Origin: an uncultured Chloroflexia bacterium
Lineage (GTDB): Bacteria; Chloroflexota; Limnocylindria; Limnocylindrales; CSP1-4
Assembly: GCA_963797685.1 (NCBI GenBank)
Contig: CAWCQK010000017.1
Span: 129,652 to 193,651 of the forward strand
Length of the DNA: 64,000 nt
Reading direction: 5' to 3'
A program made the position numbers and the translations under genes. The notes below the pieces were generated by a model, which saw nothing but the letters and a program-made list of their open reading frames with translations, was not told where the DNA came from and did no database searches. Below are positions 8,491-17,931 of the stretch, piece after piece (positions within the stretch are counted from its first letter, which is position 1; each line of letters opens with the position of its first letter).

Positions 8491-9828
8491 TCAGGGTACG
8501 GGGTCGTCGGCAGGTCCGGGGTCGCGCAGGGCCGGATCGTCGACGAGATGGCTGCGCGCTGCACCGACCAGATACAGCGACCCGGCGATCAGGACGGTGC
8601 CGGACGGTTCGGCGACGAGGGCGGCCGCGACGGCGTTCGTCGGGTCGTCCTCGACGAGGACCGTGCGCGGGACGGCGGTCGCCCGCCAGAGCACCGCGAG
8701 GTCACGCGCGGGCAGGGCCCGAGGGACGGGGAGGCTCGTGCAGATGACGACCGAGGCCGCCAGCGCGTCCGAAGTGGCAAGCGCCGCGACCACGCCCGGG
8801 ACGTCCTTGTCGGCCATCGAAGCCGTCACCAGCGTGACCGGGCCTGGATCGAGGTAGGGCCGCAGGTCGTCGAGGGATGCGGCGAGGGCTGCGGCCCCGG
8901 CCGGGTTGTGGGCACCGTCCAGCAGCACATCCCGACCGCCGACGCGGATGAGCTCCAGCCGACCCGGCCAGACCGCGGTCGCATAGCCGTGGCGGCGGGC
9001 GTCGTCGGGGACCGTGGCGATGCCGGCCGCCTCGAGCGCGTCGAGTGTCGCGTCGGCGATGGTCGCATTGGCGGCCTGGTGGCGGCCACGCAGGCCGATC
9101 CGCGTCCGCCCGAGCCGTGGGAGGTCGATCTCGATCCCGTCGCGATCCCAGCCCAGGAGTTGCGCGGGCTCGACCTCGGTCAGCGGCACGGCCATCCGCC
9201 GCGCGCGTCGCCGGACGACCGCCAGACCGTCACCGCGCGCGCCCGTCACAGCCAGGTCCCCGCGCTCGATGATCGCGGCCTTCTCCCGGGCGATCTTCGC
9301 GATCGTGTCGCCGAGCCGGTCCATGTGATCGAGGTCCACGTTGGTCACGACCGCGACGCCGCCATCCCAGGCGTGGGTCGCGTCCAGGCGCCCGCCGAGA
9401 CCGACCTCGACGATGGCGAGGTCCGGGCGCACCTCGGCGAAGCGGGCGAACACGACCGCGGTCAGCAGCTCGAACTCGGTGGGGTCGCCGTAGCGGCGCG
9501 CGATCCGGTCGGCGATGGGCAGCACCAGCTCGACGAGCCGGGCGAAGTCGGCGGCGGCGATCGGCCGGCCGTCGACCTGGACCCGCTCCCGATACGTGAC
9601 CAGGTGCGGCTTGGGGGTCGTGCCCACGTGGTAGCCGGCGGCGCGCAGCGCCGAATCGGTGAGCGCCAGGACGCTGCCCTTGCCGTTTGTCCCGGCGATG
9701 AGGGCGCCGCGGACCGTGCGCTCGGGGTTGCCCAGCTCGCGCAGGAGGGCTCGCGTCCGCCCGAGGCCCAACCGGATGCCGAAGCGGCCGCGTTCCGAGA
9801 GCGCCCGGAGCGCCTCTTCGTACGTCAC
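8491..9828 (-). CDS. folC: dihydrofolate synthase / folylpolyglutamate synthase
   Basis: GALIAGTNGKGSV P-loop and overall Mur-ligase/FolC pattern. A GTG start at 9828 forms a GTGA overlap with the upstream small ORF. The longer ORF reaching 9885 is probably an over-extension. Confidence 0.85.
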   Translation of the reverse strand: MTYEEALRALSERGRFGIRLGLGRTRALLRELGNPERTVRGALIAGTNGKGSVLALTDSALRAAGYHVGTTPKPHLVTYRERVQVDGRPIAAADFARLVELVLPIADRIARRYGDPTEFELLTAVVFARFAEVRPDLAIVEVGLGGRLDATHAWDGGVAVVTNVDLDHMDRLGDTIAKIAREKAAIIERGDLAVTGARGDGLAVVRRRARRMAVPLTEVEPAQLLGWDRDGIEIDLPRLGRTRIGLRGRHQAANATIADATLDALEAAGIATVPDDARRHGYATAVWPGRLELIRVGGRDVLLDGAHNPAGAAALAASLDDLRPYLDPGPVTLVTASMADKDVPGVVAALATSDALAASVVICTSLPVPRALPARDLAVLWRATAVPRTVLVEDDPTNAVAAALVAEPSGTVLIAGSLYLVGAARSHLVDDPALRDPGPADDPVP

Positions 9829-10088
9829 TCCCGGGTCAGCTCGTCCTCGTAGAAGACGCACTGGTTGAAGCGAGGCGTCAGGCACACGTCGTTCACGTAG
9901 CCCTGCTCCATGTGGACCCCGCCGCGCAGCTGGCAGCGCGAGGTGTTCGTGTCCTGGCGGATGAGCGCCTTGAGCAGGTGCGGCGCCTGGATCGGGATCG
10001 CGCCACGGCTGCCGGTCATGTAGAAGTGGGGACAGACGTTGCGCCGCAGGTTCGGCAGGCCGAAGTTCGGGCGGAGCATCGACGGCAT
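9825..10088 (-). CDS. small conserved-looking hypothetical protein with 4 Cys, first gene of the fol operon
   Basis: MPSMLRPNFGLPNLRRNVCPHFYMTGSRGAIPIQAPHLLKALIRQDTNTSRCQLRGGVHMEQGYVNDVCLTPRFNQCVFYEDELTRE. The composition is non-repetitive and unlike high-GC noise, and the stop overlaps the folC start. The start is uncertain (10088 or 10136). Family not recognised. Confidence 0.5.
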   Translation of the reverse strand: MPSMLRPNFGLPNLRRNVCPHFYMTGSRGAIPIQAPHLLKALIRQDTNTSRCQLRGGVHMEQGYVNDVCLTPRFNQCVFYEDELTRE

Positions 10089-10388
10089 CCCGGGCGCCGG
10101 CCCAGGAGCGGCCGCTGGGGCTTCCTGGGAGCGCATCGACGGGGTCACGCGAGCGATGGGTCCGACCCCGAACTCCGGTCGCCCGGTCGGGTTCGATCCT
10201 CGCTTCCCGGATCGCGGATCGCGCGCCTGCACCAGCCAGTGTCCCTCGGATCGTGGGCGCCCGCGACGAGGGTCGTCACGCGCGCAACCCGGCCAGAGTA
10301 CAACGCACCGCACCCGTGGGTGCAGCGCTCACCGACCCCGGTGGGGGCCGGTCACCGGTTCGCGAGCGGCCGTGCGACAATCCCGCGG

Positions 10389-11591
10389 ATGACCACACGG
10401 CGCGACCACCGGCCGAACCACGTCCGGCCCCGTCAACCGTCGACCGGCCGGCCCACCCCGGTCAAGGTCAAGCCGCGGGCCCCCGCCACCACCCGCCTCG
10501 CCGGCCACCGCCCGATCCAACGCGGCGGCGGGATGCCCTGGATCATCCGCCTGGGACTCATCGCAGCGGTCCTCGCGCTCAGCGCGGGGATCCTCTATGT
10601 CGGGGCCCGAGGGTTCGGAGTCGTTGTGGGTGGCGTCGGTTCGTCGCTCAGCGGCTTCGTCAAGGGCGTGACCGCGACGCCGTCGCCCTCACCGGTCGTC
10701 AACGCCATGGCGGCCGCCCCGACGCTCGACCAGCCATCCGAGCCGTACACGAGCGAGGCGACCGTCGATCTCGTGGTCACGGTGCCGGCCAGCCTCATCG
10801 GCGACACGCATCACCGGATCCGGTTGTACCTGACGCTGCCCGGGCAACAGGCCGCGGCCATCAAGGAGGTGCCCATCGCCGACACGGTCAAGACGGTGAT
10901 CCCCGCCGTCCAGCTGACCGATGGGGTCAACGATTTCTACGTGACGATCACGGGGCCGGGCCCCGAGTCCGATCCGTCGGCGGTCGTTCGCTACATCTTC
11001 GACGACACCCCACCCAAGATCACCATCACGTCGCCCAAGAACAACGCGGTGGTCAACGGCCAGGCGGTCACCATCAAGGGCAAGACCCAGGCACGGAGCA
11101 CCATGCTCGCGCGCAACGACGCGAACGGGTCGTCGGTCGCGGGCACGGCCGAATCGGATGGCACCTTCACGCTGAGCGTGGCGCTTGCCACGGGCGTGAA
11201 CAAGATCACCATCACGGGCACCGATCCTGCGGGCAACGCCGCGCAGGCGAGCGTCACCGTCAAGCGGGGAACGGGCAAGCTGGCGGTCTCGCTGAGCTCC
11301 TCGACCTACAACATCAAGCGCTCGAGACTGCCCGAACCGGTGACACTCACTGGGACCGTCACCGACCCCGACGGACACGCGCTGGCCGGCGCGGACGTGA
11401 CATTCACCCTGAGCATGCCTGGCATCCCGACCGTCACGATCGACACCACGACCGGGAACGACGGCACGGCGACGTTCAAGACCACGGTGCCAAGGGGGGC
11501 CGACATCGGTCAGGGGAGCGCCACGGCCCTGGTCACGACCCAGGCTTACGGCTCGGCCCAGGACTACACGGTCATCACCATCACCAAGTAG
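10389..11591 (+). CDS. membrane-anchored protein with tandem Ig-like (Big-type) beta-sandwich repeats
   Basis: Basic N-terminus, TM helix (WIIRLGLIAAVLALSAGILYV), then repeats such as PPKITITSPKNNAVVNGQAVTIKGKT...GTFTLSVALATGVNKITITGTDPAGN and VTLTGTVTDPDGHALAGADVTFTL. An alternative start lies at 10533. Confidence 0.7.
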   Translation: MTTRRDHRPNHVRPRQPSTGRPTPVKVKPRAPATTRLAGHRPIQRGGGMPWIIRLGLIAAVLALSAGILYVGARGFGVVVGGVGSSLSGFVKGVTATPSPSPVVNAMAAAPTLDQPSEPYTSEATVDLVVTVPASLIGDTHHRIRLYLTLPGQQAAAIKEVPIADTVKTVIPAVQLTDGVNDFYVTITGPGPESDPSAVVRYIFDDTPPKITITSPKNNAVVNGQAVTIKGKTQARSTMLARNDANGSSVAGTAESDGTFTLSVALATGVNKITITGTDPAGNAAQASVTVKRGTGKLAVSLSSSTYNIKRSRLPEPVTLTGTVTDPDGHALAGADVTFTLSMPGIPTVTIDTTTGNDGTATFKTTVPRGADIGQGSATALVTTQAYGSAQDYTVITITK

Positions 11592-11670
11592 CTGGTCAGC
11601 GCCGCCTGGGGCGCGGTCCGCGGCGTCGGGTCGGCTCGACAACATCTTCGGTCGCAGCTACCATCCGGGC

Positions 11671-12156
11671 ATGGCGATGTGGCGCTGTCCGCACTGCGGG
11701 ACACCCCAGGCCGAGACGGCCAGGTGCTGGGTCTGCCGTCGTTCCAGCACCGCCTGCGCCAGCTGCCGGAACTTCCGCCGTTCGGTCGCGGCCCAGCTCG
11801 GCTACTGCGGTCTCGATCGTGAACGACGGCCGCTCCGCGGCGACGAGATCCGGGCCTGCTGGGAGGCGTCGGTCGTCCCGGTCATGTCGGACGACCCCCC
11901 GGTCGCGCCGGCCCGCCCACCGTCGTCGCAGTCGCTCGACGTCGTCCTGGATCGAACGCCTGTTCGGAAGCTTGAGTTCGTGGACATCGACCCGACGCCG
12001 ATCCGGCCGCAACGTCGACGGCGGACGGCCGGCGAGGGCGCCGCGCCTGCGACCAGCTCGGATGGATCCGACAACGAGCTCGCGGAGCTGGCGGCTGCCT
12101 CCTCGATCGACTCCGGCGAGCCTCGCTGGAGCCTGTGGGGCGACGCCGAGGTCTGA
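11671..12156 (+). CDS. zinc-ribbon hypothetical protein
   Basis: N-terminal WRCPHCGTPQAETARCWVCRRSSTACASCRNF (CxxC pairs) followed by a disordered acidic/Pro-rich tail. Confidence 0.55.
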   Translation: MAMWRCPHCGTPQAETARCWVCRRSSTACASCRNFRRSVAAQLGYCGLDRERRPLRGDEIRACWEASVVPVMSDDPPVAPARPPSSQSLDVVLDRTPVRKLEFVDIDPTPIRPQRRRRTAGEGAAPATSSDGSDNELAELAAASSIDSGEPRWSLWGDAEV

Positions 12157-12170
12157 CCGCCCGGCCTTGG

Positions 12171-13712
12171 CTACAGCCCCGGGGGACGGGTCGCCAGCGT
12201 GACCTTGAGCGTCATGTCCTTGCCGTCACGCAGGACCACTACCGTGACCACGTCGCCGGGCGAGAACTGGGCGAGGGTCGCGTCGAGCGGATGCTCCTCG
12301 TCGATGACCTTGCCGTTGATGCTGACGATGATGTCGCCGTCCTTGATGCCGGCGTCGGCAGCCGGCGAGCCGGCCTTCACGGCAGCGCTGGGATCCGGGT
12401 TGCCATTGGAGTCAAATCCGTGGACGAGCGCTCCGACGTAGACGGGGAGCTTTTCCTGATCGGCCAGCTGCCGGGTGATCGACTCGAAACTGATGCCCAT
12501 GTACGGGCGCGTCAGTGGCTTGCCGGCGATGGCCTGGGCCATGATCGGCCGGGCGATGTCGATCGGGATCGCGAAGCCGATGCCGTTGCTGTTCTGGGCG
12601 ATGGCGGTATTGATGCCGATGACGTTGCCACCCGAGTCGAGCAGCGGTCCGCCCGAGTTGCCCGGATTGATCGCGGCGTCGGTCTGGATGAGGTTCGTCA
12701 GCGACTCGTTGTTGTCGGTGGTGATCGAGCGGCCCTTGGCCGACACGATGCCGCTGGTGACCGAGTTCGAGAAGGTCCCGAGCGGGCTCCCGATGGCGAC
12801 GACCAGCTGGCCGACCTTGAGCGCGTCCGACTCACCGATCGCGGCGGTCGGCAGGTCGGTGGCGTTGACCTTGACGATCGCGAGGTCGGTCAGGGTGTCG
12901 ATGCCGTAGACGGTGCCCGGCAGGACGCGACCGTCCTTGAGCAGGACGTCGAACTTCTCGCCGCCCTCGACGACGTGATGGTTGGTGAGGATCCAGCCGT
13001 TGCTGTCGAAGATGACCCCGGACCCGACGCCGGTCGCCGGGATCACGCCGGTGTTGCCCGAATCGGATGCACCCGTGACCGTGATGCGGACGACCGCCGG
13101 GCTGACCTTGGCGGCCACCGCGATCGTCGCCGACGACTCGTCGACGGTGACCGGCTGTGTGACCCCGGTGTTGGTCGCCGTCTGGCTCGAGGCCGGCGTC
13201 GGTGTCCCCGCGCGGTCGAGAGCGCCGGCCGCCCCGAGCGCCAGGACGGTGCCACCGGCAGCGAGCACCGCCGACAGCACGGCCACCGCGAGGATCGAGC
13301 CGCCACGGCCACCCCGGCCGCCACCGCTCGTCGCGGTCGCGGCGACCGGGGCCTGCGTGGAGGCCGGCTCATACCAGCGTTCGGGGGTGACAGGTGGTGG
13401 CTCCTCCCACGAACGCGCCCAACCGGCGCGGGGCTCGGGGGCGGGCGTGTAGCGGTCGGTGGTGGTGTACGGCTCGACCTGCGCGCCATACGGTTCGATC
13501 ACAGGGGCCGTCGGTCCGACCGGTCCCAGCGGCGCGGCCGGCGCCGCGGACGAGTCCGGTTCGCTCGGCGCGACAGGATCCGGCGTGGCGGGCGCGACCG
13601 ATCCCGTCTCTGTGGATTCGACCGGCGGGATCACGTGGCGCTCGGTCAGATCGCCGGGATCGGAGGCATCGGCGCGGGGATCGTCGTGCATGGTTTCGGG
13701 AGGGTCCTTCAT
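12171..13712 (-). CDS. HtrA/DegP (PepD-like) serine protease with PDZ domain
   Basis: ILTNHHVV (His), DLAIVKV (Asp), TDAAINPGNSGGPLL (Ser), a TM anchor, and a C-terminal PDZ-like region. It lies downstream of the RR-HK pair on the same strand. Confidence 0.9.
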   Translation of the reverse strand: MKDPPETMHDDPRADASDPGDLTERHVIPPVESTETGSVAPATPDPVAPSEPDSSAAPAAPLGPVGPTAPVIEPYGAQVEPYTTTDRYTPAPEPRAGWARSWEEPPPVTPERWYEPASTQAPVAATATSGGGRGGRGGSILAVAVLSAVLAAGGTVLALGAAGALDRAGTPTPASSQTATNTGVTQPVTVDESSATIAVAAKVSPAVVRITVTGASDSGNTGVIPATGVGSGVIFDSNGWILTNHHVVEGGEKFDVLLKDGRVLPGTVYGIDTLTDLAIVKVNATDLPTAAIGESDALKVGQLVVAIGSPLGTFSNSVTSGIVSAKGRSITTDNNESLTNLIQTDAAINPGNSGGPLLDSGGNVIGINTAIAQNSNGIGFAIPIDIARPIMAQAIAGKPLTRPYMGISFESITRQLADQEKLPVYVGALVHGFDSNGNPDPSAAVKAGSPAADAGIKDGDIIVSINGKVIDEEHPLDATLAQFSPGDVVTVVVLRDGKDMTLKVTLATRPPGL

Positions 13713-13753
13713 TCGGCGGCCGGTGAGCGGCCGCGAGAGGTCTGATCAGGTGT

Positions 13754-15475
13754 TCAGGGTGCTGGTTCCGGGTTCACCTGCGGGCGTTCGGAAGGTGAAG
13801 TTTCCTGCATGTTCGCGATCGTACCTGCGGGCTCGAACGTGGTGCCGTCATCGAGGCGTGCCTGCCGCTCGGAGGCGGAGGCCACGGCCGCCCGCTGTGC
13901 CGCCGGCGTCCCCTCGATCAGGCGCGGATCCCGGGGCAGGGTGACCACGAAACGAGAGCCTGCCCCGACCCGACTCTCGACCGCGACGGTCCCGCCGTGC
14001 ATGTCCACGATCGAATGGACGATCGCCAGCCCGAGGCCGCTGCCGCTGCCGCGCGCCTCGTTCGCCCGCGACCCCCGGTAGAACCGCTCGAAGATGTGCG
14101 GCAGCTCGGTCGGATCGATCCCGACGCCCGTGTCCGCGACCTCGATCCGCCCGCCGTCGGGCGTCGGCTCGACGTCGACCGTCACCGACCCGCCGCGCGG
14201 CGTGAACTTGACCGCGTTGGCGACCAGGTTGGCGACGACCTGGCCGATCCGCTGCGGGTCGTGCCGGATCCGGATCGGGACAGGCGAGTGGTGGAGCGTC
14301 ACGTGGACGCCGCGTCGCCGGGCTGCGCCGCTCGTCTGCTCGACCGCCGATTCGACCGCCGCCCGGAGGTCGTCCGGTCGCAGGTCCAGGAGGACCAGTC
14401 CCGAATCGAGCTTGGACAGCTCGAGCAGGTTCTGGGCAAGCCAGTCGAGCCGCTCGATCTGCTGGCCACTGGACTCGAGGAACTCGTCCCGTGCCTCGGG
14501 GTCGTCACCGGCCCCCTCGCGCAGCAGCTCGTTGAACGTCCGTAGCGCGGCGAGCGGCGTCCGCAGCTCGTGTGAGACGTCGGCCAGGAAGTCGCGACTC
14601 CGGTCGCGGTCGCGACGGATGATCTCGACGCTCTCCTGGAGCCGGTCGGCCATGGCATTGAACTGGACGGCCAGCTCGGCCATCTCGGACGAGCCGGCGC
14701 GAACCTCGCTCTCGGACACCCGCCGTGTCAGGTCACCCTCCGCGAGGCCCCGCGACGCATCGGTCAGACGGCGCAATGGGGTCGTGAAGCGGCGCGCCAT
14801 GGCCGCCGACACGAGCACGCTCAGCCCGAGCGCGAAGAGGGCCACCGCGGCGAGCAAGCCCGTCACATTGGCGAGCGCGGTCGCCCGGAACGTGTACGGG
14901 TTCGACAGCGTGACCCGGACGGCATACGGCGCGTACAGCGGGCCGGCGCCGTAGTCCTGGGCCCAGGCGAAGTTCCTCTCCTGGGTCTGACCGGGTTCCG
15001 GCGAGGCATCGAGCGGTATCTGGATCGGGTCGCTCTTGGCCGGGACGAAGCGTTGCGACTCGCCGTCGGCGACTTCCTGGCCGAACGTGATCTGCACATC
15101 GGCCTGGCCGAGCCGATCGGCGATCAACCGCTGGATCTGAGGGTTGGCCATCGTCTCGAGGACGACCGGGTCAACTGCGCCGTCGGTGCCGACCACCGGC
15201 CTGCCGGCCGCGGCCCCCTCGGCCAGGTACTCGACGTAGGAGTCGACCGTCTTCGAGCGCTGGTCGAGGTCGGCCTGCTGCTGCTTGGTGAAGTAGTCGT
15301 CGAGGCGGTTGACCACGAGGACACCGACGAACAGCAGGGTCAGCGCGACGACGGCGAGGAACGCGACCGTCAGCCGACCCTGGAAGGTCCGCGGGAAGAG
15401 CCGGCGCAAGCGATGCGGGAGGCGGCTGCGCCTCTCCGCGGGATGCTCAGCGCTCGGCGAAGGCGTAACCGACAC
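13754..15475 (-). CDS. sensor histidine kinase (MprB-like: 2 TM, HAMP, HisKA, HATPase)
   Basis: H-box FLADVSHELRTPLAAL, N/G boxes (VANLVANAVKFTP, DTGVGI, GSGLGLAIV), and TM segments flanking a periplasmic loop. Confidence 0.9.
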   Translation of the reverse strand: MSVTPSPSAEHPAERRSRLPHRLRRLFPRTFQGRLTVAFLAVVALTLLFVGVLVVNRLDDYFTKQQQADLDQRSKTVDSYVEYLAEGAAAGRPVVGTDGAVDPVVLETMANPQIQRLIADRLGQADVQITFGQEVADGESQRFVPAKSDPIQIPLDASPEPGQTQERNFAWAQDYGAGPLYAPYAVRVTLSNPYTFRATALANVTGLLAAVALFALGLSVLVSAAMARRFTTPLRRLTDASRGLAEGDLTRRVSESEVRAGSSEMAELAVQFNAMADRLQESVEIIRRDRDRSRDFLADVSHELRTPLAALRTFNELLREGAGDDPEARDEFLESSGQQIERLDWLAQNLLELSKLDSGLVLLDLRPDDLRAAVESAVEQTSGAARRRGVHVTLHHSPVPIRIRHDPQRIGQVVANLVANAVKFTPRGGSVTVDVEPTPDGGRIEVADTGVGIDPTELPHIFERFYRGSRANEARGSGSGLGLAIVHSIVDMHGGTVAVESRVGAGSRFVVTLPRDPRLIEGTPAAQRAAVASASERQARLDDGTTFEPAGTIANMQETSPSERPQVNPEPAP

Positions 15476-16145
15476 CTCGCACCGTCAGGACGAACGCCGG
15501 CGCCGCCGGGTCGTCCTCGATCTTGTCGCGCAGATGGCTGACGTGGACATTGATGGTCTTCTCGTCCTGGTCGAGCGCCTCGTAGTCGCGCAGCAGCTCG
15601 AGCAGCTCCGAGCGCGTGTAGACGCGGCCGGGGCGCGAGGCAAGGTGGCGGAGGATCTCGAACTCGGTCGGGGTCAGGCTGACCCGCCGCGTGCCGCGCT
15701 GGACGCGCCGCCGCTCGAGGTCGATGAGCAGGTCGCCGTGGCGGATGACCCGGCCGCCGACGGCATCGGACAGGTCGCCGTACGAGCGCCGCAGGAGCGC
15801 CTTGATCCGGCTCATCAGCTCGCGCAGCCCGAACGGCTTGGTCAGGTAGTCGTCGGCGCCGAGCTCGAGGCCGATGACCTTGTCGACCTCGTCGTCACGC
15901 GCCGTCAGCACGAGGACCGGCATCTTGGCCCCGGCCGCACGGAGGCGGCGGAGGACCTCGAAGCCGTCGATCCCGGGCAGCCGGACGTCGAGCACGACCA
16001 GGTCGGGCGCCTGGTGGGTGGCGATGTCCAGCCCTTCCTCGCCCGAACGGGCGACGGCGACCTCGTAGCCCTCCTGCTGGAGGGCGTACTGGATGCCACG
16101 CGCGACGGCGTGCTCGTCTTCGACGATGAGGATGGTGGCTGCCAC
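15447..16145 (-). CDS. OmpR-family response regulator (MprA-like)
   Basis: ILIVEDEHAVARG...LVVLDVRLPGIDG receiver domain plus a winged-helix output (LTPTEFEILRHLASRPGRVYTRSELL...VRGVGYAF). Confidence 0.9.
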   Translation of the reverse strand: MAATILIVEDEHAVARGIQYALQQEGYEVAVARSGEEGLDIATHQAPDLVVLDVRLPGIDGFEVLRRLRAAGAKMPVLVLTARDDEVDKVIGLELGADDYLTKPFGLRELMSRIKALLRRSYGDLSDAVGGRVIRHGDLLIDLERRRVQRGTRRVSLTPTEFEILRHLASRPGRVYTRSELLELLRDYEALDQDEKTINVHVSHLRDKIEDDPAAPAFVLTVRGVGYAFAER

Positions 16146-16183
16146 GCGGGGATGCTACACCGCGGCGCCCGAAACACCGTGGC

Positions 16184-16211
16184 TTGGCCCAGGCGCGACC
16201 CGTGGTACCCT
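16184..16211 (+). promoter_or_regulatory. candidate promoter for rplY (TTGGCC-N16-TACCCT)
   Basis: Pattern match only: a -35-like TTGGCC at 16184-16189 and a TAnnnT -10 at 16206-16211, about 95 nt upstream of the L25 start. Confidence 0.25.
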
Positions 16212-16304
16212 ATCGGCCGCTACCCGGGCGCCTCGCCATTCCGGCCCCGCCGGCGAGCCGCAGCCCAGACCCGATCCGACACCAGAGCCTGAGGTTCCAA
16301 CCAG

Positions 16305-16988
16305 ATGCCTACCGCCCGCGCGACGCTTGCTGCTGAACACCGCGACGTGACCGGCAAGAAGGTCGCCACCCTCCGCCGCGCCGGCCGCCTGCCGGCCGTG
16401 GTCTACGGTCACGGTGTCGACTCGAACAGCGTCTCGATCGATGCGCACGAGTTCGAGCAGCTCCGCCGCCATGTCGGGCCAAACTCGCTGGTCGACCTGT
16501 CGGTCGATGGCAAGAAGGCACTCCCCGTGCTCGTCTCGGCGGTGCAGCTCCACCCGGTCAAGCGCCACACGCTCCACGTCGACCTGTTCCTGGTCCGGAT
16601 GACCGAGGAGCTGACGGTCGACGTCCCGCTCGTCGCGACCGGGGAGTCGCCCGCGGTCGCCAACCAGGGAGGCACGCTGCTCCACCCGATCGAGTCGGTC
16701 CGCATCCGCGCCCTGCCAGATCACCTTCCGCAGTCGATCGAGTACTCGGTCGACGCGCTGGTCGACTTCGACACCACCATCCACGTCCGCGATCTCGCGA
16801 TCCCCGAGGGCGCGACCCTGTTGACGGATGGCGACGACATCATCGCCAAGGTCCAGGCGCCACGCGTCGAGGAGGTCGTCGAGGCCCCGGCCGAGATCGG
16901 CGAGGGCGCGCCCGAGGAAGGCGCCGCCGGCGAGACGGAAGGCTCGGGCTCGTCCGACAGCGGATCCGGCGGCGACTCCGAGGGCTGA
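16305..16988 (+). CDS. rplY: 50S ribosomal protein L25 / general stress protein Ctc
   Basis: TGKKVATLRRAGRLPAVVYGHG...VQLHPVKRHTLHVDLFLV matches L25/Ctc, with an acidic Gly/Ser-rich tail. A GAGG SD sits upstream. Confidence 0.9.
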   Translation: MPTARATLAAEHRDVTGKKVATLRRAGRLPAVVYGHGVDSNSVSIDAHEFEQLRRHVGPNSLVDLSVDGKKALPVLVSAVQLHPVKRHTLHVDLFLVRMTEELTVDVPLVATGESPAVANQGGTLLHPIESVRIRALPDHLPQSIEYSVDALVDFDTTIHVRDLAIPEGATLLTDGDDIIAKVQAPRVEEVVEAPAEIGEGAPEEGAAGETEGSGSSDSGSGGDSEG

Positions 16989-17012
16989 CGCCGGTCGCCC
17001 GGCTGCCCTCGG

Positions 17013-17837
17013 TCAGCTCGAGCGGCGCCCGGAAGCGAACACGATCGGAAAGCGCATCGTCATCTGCTCCGGCGTGAGCGCCGTGAGCCGGTCGCGGAGC
17101 GTGCCGAGGAACACCGCCCTGACCTCCGGATCGAGACCGGCGATCAGGGATTCCTCGTGGAACTCCGCCATGAAGCCGATGTAGCCGTCGACCGTGAACG
17201 GGTTGATCAGTTCGCCCTCCCGCGCGGTGACGGCCGCGAAGCCGGCGTTCCGCAGCTCCCCGGCAGCGCGCGCGACGCTCGGCAGATCGCCCGGACGGCC
17301 GGGGTCGTCGTCGCCCGCGTCGATGTCCAGCTGATCGAGCAGGTCGTCGAAGATGTCGTCGGGCGGGAAGATGCGCTCGTCCTGCAGCCACGAGACGTAG
17401 GCGAAGGTCGCGCCCGGCCGCAGCACGCGGCGCACCTCGCGCAGGGCGCGCGCGCGGTTCGGCACGAGCTGGACGACGAAGGACGACAGCGCGAGGTCGA
17501 ACGCACACTCGGGAAACGGCAGCTCCTCCGCGAACGCGACCGTGGTCTCGAACCGATCTCGGACCTGCGGGTCGAGCCGGCGGGCGGCTTCGCGGTCGGC
17601 CATCGCGCGCATCTCACCGGACGCATCGATGCCGACGATCGAGAGCGTCGGCCAGCGGGTCAGCGCCTCGATGGCGAGCTGGCCGGTGCCTGTGCCGACA
17701 TCCAGGACCCGACCGCCGGCCGCCAGCAGCGGCGCCGCGCCGTCGAGCAGCTCGAGGACCGCCGGGGTTAGGACCGGCGCCCACCAGCGCGCGTAGCCGA
17801 GGGCGATCCGGTCGTAGCGTTCGGCCTGCTCGGTCAT
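17013..17837 (-). CDS. class I SAM-dependent methyltransferase
   Basis: Motif I VLDVGTGTGQLAI and post-I IVGIDASGEM, followed by FDLALSSFVVQLVPN and LRPGATF. Confidence 0.85.
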   Translation of the reverse strand: MTEQAERYDRIALGYARWWAPVLTPAVLELLDGAAPLLAAGGRVLDVGTGTGQLAIEALTRWPTLSIVGIDASGEMRAMADREAARRLDPQVRDRFETTVAFAEELPFPECAFDLALSSFVVQLVPNRARALREVRRVLRPGATFAYVSWLQDERIFPPDDIFDDLLDQLDIDAGDDDPGRPGDLPSVARAAGELRNAGFAAVTAREGELINPFTVDGYIGFMAEFHEESLIAGLDPEVRAVFLGTLRDRLTALTPEQMTMRFPIVFASGRRSS

Positions 17838-17931
17838 CGGCGCATCGTGCCACGCCGGGATAGGCCCGGCGTGGACGAGGCGCAGGCGAGACTCGTGCGA
17901 GGCGTGTAGGGTCGCGCCAAGGCCGAGGCGA

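Noticed and set aside
10186-10215. A GGTTCGATCC string resembling a tRNA T-loop in the gap between the small Cys ORF and the Ig-like gene.
   Set aside because: I could not build a complementary T stem, acceptor stem or anticodon arm around it. It is not a tRNA or an obvious tRNA fragment.
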